Source of the DNA: Chloroflexi bacterium UBA5189
GTDB lineage: Bacteria; Chloroflexota; Limnocylindria; Limnocylindrales; CSP1-4
Reading direction: 5' to 3'
Length of the DNA stretch: 63,868 nucleotides
NCBI GenBank assembly: GCA_002413045.1
Contig: DHWF01000051.1
Span: 9,809 to 73,676, forward strand
The notes beneath the pieces were generated by a model. It was not told where the DNA came from. It was given only the letters and a program-made list of their open reading frames with translations, and ran no database searches. Shown here in pieces: positions 57,057-63,868 of this stretch. Each line of letters opens with the position of its first letter. The first letter of the stretch is position 1. The position numbers were made by a program, and so were the translations under genes.

Positions 57057-57587
57057 ATGAGCGGGCAGGCGACAGCCGCCGGCGCCGAAGCAGATCGGCG
57101 CGTGGCGTTCGCGCAGCTCATGGACCGCGACCTCGATCGGACCTACCGGCTCGCCGGGATCATCCTGGGCAACGGTCCCGATGCCGAGGATGCCGCCCAC
57201 GACGCCGTCGTCCAGGCCTGGCGGGCGTTCGGTGGCCTGCGCGATACGACGCGCTTCGAGGCGTGGTTCCAGCGGATCCTCGTGAACGTCTGCCGGGACC
57301 GGCTGCGAAAACGGCGGCGGTCACCGGTCACCGAGCTGACCCTTGCAGCCTCGCACTCGGTCTCGGATCGATTCAAAGATGTCGACGACCGCCTGGCGCT
57401 TGATCGAGCGTTCGAGCAGCTGAGCCCGGACCAGGCGATCACGGTCGTCCTCAGGTTCCACGTGGACCTGTCCCTCGACGACGTCGCCACGCGGATGGGC
57501 GTGCCGGTCGGCACGGTCAAATCCCGGCTCCACGCCGCCCTCGCCAAGCTCGAGCGCGGCCTCACCGGGGCGGAGGTCATCGACTGA
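57057..57587 (+). CDS. ECF RNA polymerase sigma factor
   Basis: DAEDAAHDA, FEAWFQRILVN, GVPVGTVKSRLH. Confidence 0.95.
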   Translation: MSGQATAAGAEADRRVAFAQLMDRDLDRTYRLAGIILGNGPDAEDAAHDAVVQAWRAFGGLRDTTRFEAWFQRILVNVCRDRLRKRRRSPVTELTLAASHSVSDRFKDVDDRLALDRAFEQLSPDQAITVVLRFHVDLSLDDVATRMGVPVGTVKSRLHAALAKLERGLTGAEVID

Positions 57588-58840
57588 TGCGACCAGATCA
57601 GGAGCGCCTCGTTCGAAGCTGGCTGGAGTCGCGTGACCCCGGCGACGCCCCGGCCCAGCTCCGTGCGGCCGTCGCCGATGTGCCATTCGCCGAACGCGGG
57701 CCGCGCTTCCCGGCGCTCGCGGGACCGCCGATCCGGCTGCCGTGGCTGCACATCTCGCTCCGGCCGGTCCTCCTCGTGCTCCTCGTGATCGCCGCGGTGG
57801 TCGCCGCGCTGTCCGCGGGCTATCTCGTCCTCCGGCCGCCGTTCCCACCGCGCGGTCTGCTGGCCTACATCGCGCCGATCGCGGCCACTGGCTCGACCGG
57901 GATCTCGCTTTCGGCGGCCGATGGAAGCGAGGCGCGGCAGCTGAGCCCGACGCAGGCGAATCTTTACGACCATTCGCCGAGATGGTCGCGGGACGGGCGC
58001 ACCCTCCTCTTCGCACGGACCACCGGACTCGATGCGTTCGGCTCGTGCGGCGGCGTCGGCTCGGTCGTGCTGTACGACGTTGCGACCGGGACCGAGCACG
58101 TGGTCGCCACGGGTCTCCGGCCGATGAACGACATCGAGTGGTCGCCAGGCGAGGATCGAGCGGCCTACGTCTACCCGCCGCCCGGTTGCGGCACCGAGGT
58201 CGAGCTGGGGGTCGTCGACCTCCGGACCGGGGCGGTCACGACGACGATCGTGGTGCCCCAACCGTCCGAAATCAGCCCCACCAGCCCAACCGGCGTGTTG
58301 TGGCACGTGCAGTGGGTCGGCGAGGTTGCGTCGGCCGTGCCGGACGCCACGGTCACCGACAACGGACGGGACTTCACGACGACCGCGGACCTGCCGTCCC
58401 ATGACGGTCATGCCTCCATCCGGTACGCGTGGACGACGCCGGAACGAGTGCCGACCCTGAAGGCCATCAACCGCGCGACCGGCACGTCGATCGAGCTCGG
58501 GCCAGGTGGCGTCCCCGCATGGTCGCCCGACGACACCGCCATCGCCTACATCCAGCCCGGCGGATCCGCCGGACCGAAGGCGGTCGAGTTCATGCGAGAC
58601 CACCTCGTGATCGCCACAGACGGAACGTGGCAGACCCGCGTCGTCGCCGATGTCCTGGTGATGGACGGGTCGCCAGCCGATGTCATCCCGGCGCTGTCGT
58701 GGACGCCGGATGGGGCCGCCGTCTACTGGATCGACGGGAGCGGCGTCCACGTTATCGACGTGGCCACCGGGCGTTCCGCGGACCTGGCGAACCTCCCGAA
58801 CGCGTGCGCCGACCTCCAGTGGCAGCCGATTCCGAGGTAG
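57587..58840 (+). CDS. Putative anti-sigma factor with TM and TolB/PD40-like beta-propeller
   Basis: Coupled to sigma (TGATG); short N-terminal helix pair, TM, WSRDG/WSPG/WSPDD/WTPDG repeats. Confidence 0.8.
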   Translation: MRPDQERLVRSWLESRDPGDAPAQLRAAVADVPFAERGPRFPALAGPPIRLPWLHISLRPVLLVLLVIAAVVAALSAGYLVLRPPFPPRGLLAYIAPIAATGSTGISLSAADGSEARQLSPTQANLYDHSPRWSRDGRTLLFARTTGLDAFGSCGGVGSVVLYDVATGTEHVVATGLRPMNDIEWSPGEDRAAYVYPPPGCGTEVELGVVDLRTGAVTTTIVVPQPSEISPTSPTGVLWHVQWVGEVASAVPDATVTDNGRDFTTTADLPSHDGHASIRYAWTTPERVPTLKAINRATGTSIELGPGGVPAWSPDDTAIAYIQPGGSAGPKAVEFMRDHLVIATDGTWQTRVVADVLVMDGSPADVIPALSWTPDGAAVYWIDGSGVHVIDVATGRSADLANLPNACADLQWQPIPR

Positions 58841-58863
58841 TGCGTCGCCCACAATCGACCGGT

Positions 58864-58890
58864 GAACGATTCGACCGGCGTGAATCGTCA
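58864..58890 (+). promoter_or_regulatory. Putative ECF sigma promoter
   Basis: GAAC-N18-CGTCA upstream of second ECF core; matches 57000-57025. Confidence 0.55.
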
Positions 58891-58939
58891 AGCGAGGCAT
58901 GAGGGCCAGCAGGCGACCGACTCGGGTACCGGTTCTCCG

Positions 58940-59491
58940 GTGAGGCTCGACGCCCTTGCCGCGGATGTCGCCATTGCCCGTCCGGACGACCGGGCGACCG
59001 TGTTCCGTGCGCGCGTTTGCGGGTCGCTCGATGTCGCCTATCGACGCGCCGCCGTGCTGCTGGGCAATCGCTTCGAGGCCGAGGACGCGGTGCACGACGC
59101 CGCCGAGCGCGCGTGGTGGGCGTGGGGCTCCCTGCGGGATGAGGCGCGGTTCGATGCCTGGTTCGGTCGGATCCTCGTCAACGTGTGCCGGGATCGCCTC
59201 CGTCGACGCCGGCGCGTTGCGGTCATCGAGGTTCGTGACGCGGCCGTCGACGCGGTCGACCGCTCGGCCGGACCGCAGCTCGATCGGCTCGCCGATCGCG
59301 CCCGGATCGTCGACGCGCTCGCGGGTCTTTCCGCCGACGAGCGAGTGGCCGTCGTCCTTCGCTACGAAGCCGACCTGACCGTGCCTGAGATCGCGCGCTT
59401 GACCGGCGCTCGGGAGGGAACGATCAAGTCACGGCTCCACCACGCCCTCCGGAAGCTCCGGATCGCGCTCGACGAGGGAGGCGAGCGGTGA
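58940..59491 (+). CDS. ECF RNA polymerase sigma factor (paralog; start uncertain)
   Basis: EAEDAVHDA, FDAWFGRILVNVCRDRLR, GTIKSRLH. Confidence 0.92.
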   Translation: MRLDALAADVAIARPDDRATVFRARVCGSLDVAYRRAAVLLGNRFEAEDAVHDAAERAWWAWGSLRDEARFDAWFGRILVNVCRDRLRRRRRVAVIEVRDAAVDAVDRSAGPQLDRLADRARIVDALAGLSADERVAVVLRYEADLTVPEIARLTGAREGTIKSRLHHALRKLRIALDEGGER

Positions 59492-60501
59492 GCCAAGCGC
59501 GGAGCGGTGATCTGATCGAGGAACAGCTCCGCACGGCGCTCGTGGAGTTCCGGCCCGCCGACGGTGCGCCAGCGACGCTTCGAGCACGCGTGGACGCGAT
59601 GCCACTTCGTCTCGGAGACCCGGGCATCGCGGGCCGCATGCGGCGCCTCGTGTCGACGCCGACCTGGGTCACGGGGCTGATGGCGGTCATTGCGATCGCG
59701 CTCGTCGCCGTCGCAGCTCGCCATGTTGTTCCGCTGCCGCAGGCGGGTGGCGGCGCGCCGGCGCCCGCATTCGACCCGACCGTGGAGGGTCCGGGCCTCG
59801 TAACGACCGTGGTGCCGACGCTCCTGCTCGCGGAAGGCATCGTCGGGCTTGTCTTCGGCCTGCTATCGCTTCGCGCCCTGTCGAGCTCGCGGCGCAGCCG
59901 ACGACCCTGGTTCACGCTCACGAAGGCCGTTGTCATGGCCTCGTCCGCAGCCGTGTTCATTTGGCTGGCTTCTGTCCAGGGCGTCGGCGTAGGTGGTTTC
60001 AATGCCTGGGGTCCGGTGCTTGGTTTTGCGACCGAGGCGCCACCACCGGCGGATGGAACGTCGTCTGACCGTCAGGCAACGGTTTACCTGACTGCGGCAC
60101 CGGGCAAACCGTTCGTCTACTTCTTCGTCGTGCACAACATCGGGCCAATCCCCGTCGATCTCGACGGTATCGTCGAGCGTCCCGACGCGGCGAGCGTGCT
60201 CGCACCGCGCTGGACGGCGCTCGCTTTGGGCACGGATCCGAACGCATTCGGGCAGCCCGTGGAGCAGTTGGTGCCGTTCCACCCTGTCGCCCTCGCCCCT
60301 GGCGACTACGTCACCCTCTACGTCGTCGGCAAGGTCAGTGCGTGCGCGACCGGACTACCCCCGGACCGAGCAGGCCTCTCCTATGCCATCCGAGGGCCTG
60401 ACATCGACCTCACGTATTCAGTGCTGGGATTGACGGGATCGAGTCACTACCTGATGCCGACGCAGATCGCAGAACCGCTCGTGTTCGGCTGCACCGGGTA
60501 G
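59488..60501 (+). CDS. Putative membrane anti-sigma factor (about 3 TMs plus extracellular domain)
   Basis: GTGA overlap with sigma; IEEQLRTAL...AP.TLRARV N-terminus resembling that of 57587 protein. Confidence 0.7.
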   Translation: MSQARSGDLIEEQLRTALVEFRPADGAPATLRARVDAMPLRLGDPGIAGRMRRLVSTPTWVTGLMAVIAIALVAVAARHVVPLPQAGGGAPAPAFDPTVEGPGLVTTVVPTLLLAEGIVGLVFGLLSLRALSSSRRSRRPWFTLTKAVVMASSAAVFIWLASVQGVGVGGFNAWGPVLGFATEAPPPADGTSSDRQATVYLTAAPGKPFVYFFVVHNIGPIPVDLDGIVERPDAASVLAPRWTALALGTDPNAFGQPVEQLVPFHPVALAPGDYVTLYVVGKVSACATGLPPDRAGLSYAIRGPDIDLTYSVLGLTGSSHYLMPTQIAEPLVFGCTG

Positions 60502-60522
60502 GACGGCACAACAGCGCGGCGC

Positions 60523-60756
60523 TCAGGGGCGGAACAGGTACAGGACGAGCGCGATCAAGTAGATGGGCAGGAGGCCGAGGGCCATCCGGCGGGATGGCTC
60601 GAGGTCGGGGTCGCCGGTGTTGTGGAACATCCAGGTCATCGGCGGCATGGCATGGTGCTTGGCGTAGTAGGCATGCATGAAGCGGCGGCCGAGGACGAAC
60701 AGCACGACGCTTAGCACCGTGATGACGCCAAGGGCGGCGAAGGCGATGGGTTGCAT
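60523..60756 (-). CDS. Small two-TM hypothetical protein
   Basis: Two hydrophobic helices; fills gap convergent with upstream gene. Confidence 0.7.
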   Translation of the reverse strand: MQPIAFAALGVITVLSVVLFVLGRRFMHAYYAKHHAMPPMTWMFHNTGDPDLEPSRRMALGLLPIYLIALVLYLFRP

Positions 60757-60782
60757 GCCCGCAAGCGTGGCCCTTTTCGCAT

Positions 60783-60820
60783 CGAACATCTGTACGAATA
60801 GCGCACGAACCTGCTATCCT
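60783..60820 (+). promoter_or_regulatory. Putative LexA (SOS) box and extended -10 for ruvB operon
   Basis: CGAACATCTGTACG, one mismatch to GAAC-N4-GTTC; TGCTATCCT -10. Confidence 0.6.
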
Positions 60821-60828
60821 CGCGGCCA

Positions 60829-61914
60829 ATGGTGGACGACGATCGGTCCCACATCCTCGCGGCAGACCTGCACGATGCGGACGTCGTCGTGGAGAGCTCG
60901 TTACGCCCCCGGAGCCTCGATGAATACATCGGGCAGCGCGAAGTCAAGGCCAACCTTTCGATCCTGCTGACCGCCGCCAAGGCGAGGGGAGAGGCGGCGG
61001 ATCACGTCCTGCTGTACGGCCCGCCGGGCCTCGGCAAGACGACCCTCGCGACGATCATCGCCCGCGAGCTCGGCGTGAACGTCCGGTACACCTCCGGGCC
61101 CGCGGTCGAGCGACCCGGTGACCTCGCCGCCGTCCTCACGAGCCTCGAGGAGCGCGACGTCCTGTTCATCGACGAGATCCACCGCCTCAATCGGGCGGTC
61201 GAGGAGATCCTCTATCCGGCGATGGAGGACTACGCGCTGGACGTGATGATCGGCAAGGGGCCCAGCGCGCGGTCGCTGCGGCTCAGCCTCAAGCCGTTCA
61301 CGGTCATCGGCGCGACCACGCGGGCGGGGCGGATTTCGTCGCCGCTGCGGGATCGGTTCGGGGCGACCTATCGGCTGGACTTCTACGAGGAGGTCGAGCT
61401 CACCGAGATCGTCGAGCGGTCAGCGCGGATCCTGGGCGTCGAGATCGACGGCGCGGCAGCCATCGCGATCGCGAAGCGCGGGCGCGGGACGCCGCGGATC
61501 GTCAACCGGCTGCTCAAGCGGGTTCGGGACCATGCCGAGGTCCATGGGGATGGCCGCGTTGACGAGCCGGCCGCCATCGAGGCGATGCGCCTTCTCGAGA
61601 TCGACGACGCGGGACTCGATTCGACGGACCGCAAGCTCCTGGCCGCGATCATCCAGAAGTTCGCCTCGGGGCCGGTCGGCGTGCAGGCGCTCGCCGCCGT
61701 GCTGTCCGAGGAGATCGAGACGATCGAGGACGTCTACGAACCGTACCTGCTGCGGCTCGGGTTCCTCGATCGGACGCCGCAGGGCCGGATCGCGACCGAG
61801 GCCGCGAGGAACCACCTGGCGGCCCTCGGGTACGAGATCCCGCCCCCGCGTCGCGGCGAGCCCGAGGTCCTGCCGCTGTGGGACGAGCCGGGCCCGAGCA
61901 GCGGGGGCGTGTGA
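60829..61914 (+). CDS. ruvB: Holliday junction branch migration helicase RuvB
   Basis: [49 protein letters not shown]. Confidence 0.98.
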   Translation: MVDDDRSHILAADLHDADVVVESSLRPRSLDEYIGQREVKANLSILLTAAKARGEAADHVLLYGPPGLGKTTLATIIARELGVNVRYTSGPAVERPGDLAAVLTSLEERDVLFIDEIHRLNRAVEEILYPAMEDYALDVMIGKGPSARSLRLSLKPFTVIGATTRAGRISSPLRDRFGATYRLDFYEEVELTEIVERSARILGVEIDGAAAIAIAKRGRGTPRIVNRLLKRVRDHAEVHGDGRVDEPAAIEAMRLLEIDDAGLDSTDRKLLAAIIQKFASGPVGVQALAAVLSEEIETIEDVYEPYLLRLGFLDRTPQGRIATEAARNHLAALGYEIPPPRRGEPEVLPLWDEPGPSSGGV

Positions 61915-63119
61915 CCGCCGTCGCCGTCGCGGGGCCGGCATCGTTCGAGGTCCTCACACCGCCGCCCGCGGACGGTAGAACACGGGCGCGGCTCGGCCGG
62001 CTGACGCTGCCGCACGGGGTCGTCGAGACGCCGCAGTTCATGCCGGTGGGCACGAACGCGACCGTCAAGGCGCTCGATCCTGACGACCTGCGGACGGTCG
62101 GCGCCACGATCGTCCTCGCGAACACGTACCACCTGTACCTGCGCCCGGGGCACGAGCGGATCGAGCGCCTCGGCGGGCTGCACCGGTTCATGGCCTGGGA
62201 TCGGCCGATCCTCACGGATTCCGGGGGCTTCCAGGTCGTCTCGCTCGCGGACTCGCGGGTCATCGACGACGATGGCGCCACGTTCCGGAGCCACATCGAC
62301 GGCTCGCTCCATCGCCTGACCCCCGAGAAGGCGATCGCCATCCAGGAGGCGCTCGGCGCGGACATCGCGGTCGCGCTCGATCACCCGGTGTACCCATCGT
62401 CCGAGCGCGCCGTCGTCGAGGATGCGACGGAGCGGACGCATCGCTGGGCGGAGCGGTCGCTCGCCTCCCACCAGCGCGGCGGCCACACCGGTGATCAGGC
62501 GCTGTTCGGGGTGATCCAGGGTGGCCTCGACCCGGAGCTGCGCGAGCGCTCCACGCGGTTCATCGCGAGCATGCCGTTCGACGGCATCAACATCGGCGGC
62601 CTCGCGGGCGACGAGACGCCGGCCCAGCGCCGGGCCGCGCTCGACGTGGTCGTGCCGCTCCTCGCCGACGACCCGCGGCCGCGCTACCTGATGGGTCTCG
62701 GCTCGCCGGCAGACCTGCTCGACGCCGTCGACCAGGGCATCGACATGTTCGATTCGGTGCTGCCATCGCGGGTCGCGCGGACGGGCCAGGTGTGGGTCCC
62801 GGGCGGCCGCCTCAACCTGCGCAACGCGGTCCACCTGGACGACCCGGCGCCGATCGAGGAGGGCTGTCCGTGTGTCGCCTGCCGGCAGTTCTCACGGGCC
62901 TACATCGCGCATCTCTTCCGGGCGAAGGAGCTCCTCGCGTATCGCCTCGCGACGTGCCACAACCTGACGTTCACCCTGGACTTCATGGCCCGGATTCGCG
63001 CTGCGATCGGGTCCGGCCGTTTGCCTGAATCGATGGCCGATCTGCGGCTCCGAGGGGGCCGGACCTCGGGTGCCGAGGATGCGACAATGGCGGATGAACC
63101 GGCAGGTGATCCGCAATGA
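61911..63119 (+). CDS. tgt: tRNA-guanine transglycosylase
   Basis: [40 protein letters not shown]...H zinc site. Confidence 0.96.
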   Translation: MTAVAVAGPASFEVLTPPPADGRTRARLGRLTLPHGVVETPQFMPVGTNATVKALDPDDLRTVGATIVLANTYHLYLRPGHERIERLGGLHRFMAWDRPILTDSGGFQVVSLADSRVIDDDGATFRSHIDGSLHRLTPEKAIAIQEALGADIAVALDHPVYPSSERAVVEDATERTHRWAERSLASHQRGGHTGDQALFGVIQGGLDPELRERSTRFIASMPFDGINIGGLAGDETPAQRRAALDVVVPLLADDPRPRYLMGLGSPADLLDAVDQGIDMFDSVLPSRVARTGQVWVPGGRLNLRNAVHLDDPAPIEEGCPCVACRQFSRAYIAHLFRAKELLAYRLATCHNLTFTLDFMARIRAAIGSGRLPESMADLRLRGGRTSGAEDATMADEPAGDPQ

Positions 63120-63161
63120 AGCGGCGCCGGGTACCGTCCACGCACCGCGGAGGAAGCCTCG

Positions 63162-63326
63162 ATGGCATCTCGAGATCGACCCGGCCGCGAAAAGAAGAAG
63201 GCGCCGAAGGACAAGTCGGCAGCGCCCAAGCTGCAGCCGATGGCGGAGCCGCCGATGAACGTCGAGCTGATCCGCAAGCAGCGCAAGCCGCGCTGGAACG
63301 AAGGCGACAATCGGGACGAGGCCTGA
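63162..63326 (+). CDS. Small basic hypothetical protein (54 aa, below ORF-track cutoff)
   Basis: GGAGGA RBS; MASRDRPGREKKKAPKDK...VELIRKQRKPRW; strong G/C third positions. Confidence 0.7.
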   Translation: MASRDRPGREKKKAPKDKSAAPKLQPMAEPPMNVELIRKQRKPRWNEGDNRDEA

Positions 63327-63365
63327 TCGGTCACGCCCCCGCATGGACAGGAGCGTGACGCAACG

Positions 63366-63868
63366 ATGGCGGTGATGGAACGGAACGGCGAGAAGGCCGT
63401 CGCTGAGCGCGGCCGCGCAGTAGACGCGGCGATCCTGTCGATCGAGAAGCAGTTCGGCAGCGGCTCGATCATGAAGCTGGGCGCGGCGGCCCGGCAGCAC
63501 GTCGACTTCATCCCCACGGGTTCCATCGCGCTGGACCTGGCCCTCGGTGTCGGCGGTATCCCGCGCGGCCGGATCACGGAGATCTTCGGCCCCGAGTCGT
63601 CGGGCAAGACCACGGTCTGCCAGCACGTCATCGCCGAGGCCCAGCGCACCGGCGGCGTCGCGGCCTTCATCGACGTCGAGCACGCGCTCGATCCGGGCTA
63701 TGCCCGCGCCTGCGGCGTCAACGTCGACGAGCTTCTCGTCAGCCAGCCCGATACCGGCGAGCAGGCGCTCGAGATCACCGAGACGCTCATCCGCTCCGGC
63801 GGAATCGACGTCGTCGTCGTCGACTCGGTGGCGGCCCTCGTGCCGCGCGCCGAGATCGAGGGCGAGAT
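63366..63868 (+). CDS. recA: Recombinase RecA (3'-truncated by window edge)
   Basis: [59 protein letters not shown]. Confidence 0.98.
   Translation, partial: MAVMERNGEKAVAERGRAVDAAILSIEKQFGSGSIMKLGAAARQHVDFIPTGSIALDLALGVGGIPRGRITEIFGPESSGKTTVCQHVIAEAQRTGGVAAFIDVEHALDPGYARACGVNVDELLVSQPDTGEQALEITETLIRSGGIDVVVVDSVAALVPRAEIEGE

Noticed and set aside
2220-63683. Many long alternative-frame or antisense ORFs (e.g. 2220-4733, 39230-41959, 46569-49034, 51726-54122)
   Set aside because: Shadow ORFs expected in high-GC DNA: Arg/Gly/Pro-rich, without motifs, and overlapping well-supported genes.
1-63868. CRISPR array, rRNA, transposase or integrase genes
   Set aside because: No regularly spaced repeats, rRNA signatures, or DDE/tyrosine/serine recombinase motifs were found by inspection. 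A degraded remnant could have been missed.

Overview
High-GC bacterial chromosome segment. Gene content and style suggest Chloroflexota, probably a Limnocylindria/Ellin6529-like lineage (inference, not a database result). Most of it is housekeeping: a DUF881 pair, asparaginase/amidohydrolase, RNA methyltransferases, ArsA/Get3-like ATPase, ppc, T-box-thrS-infC-rpmI-rplT-pheST, cvpA-mpg-mutS2, a class A PBP, tyrS, hisC, an EF-G paralog, yebC-ruvC-ruvA and ruvB-tgt-recA. Three accessory patches interrupt it: about 6.8-10.4 kb, 18.2-28.1 kb and 50.6-60.8 kb. The most striking structure lies at 19.0-24.8 kb. An intact tRNA-Val(GAC) is preceded by two extra copies of its own -10 box, leader and 5' half, each breaking just after the anticodon loop. 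Each copy is followed by a conserved ~80-bp arm that ends in a GTTAT-N6-CTAAC dyad. The copies separate cargo blocks (lipoproteins, gene remnants, an adenylate cyclase-ATPase-TPR protein) and no integrase is visible. This looks like an integrase-less tandem cassette array that replaces the 5' end of a tRNA rather than the usual 3' end. Other notable items: a ~315-bp inverted-repeat-bounded MITE-like element, a TGT with queuine-salvage-type residues and no adjacent queA, a PEP carboxylase with altered allosteric residues, an actinobacterial-like sugar operon plus twin ECF/anti-sigma modules between ruvA and ruvB, and apparently widespread leaderless promoters. No CRISPR array, rRNA or transposase was seen.
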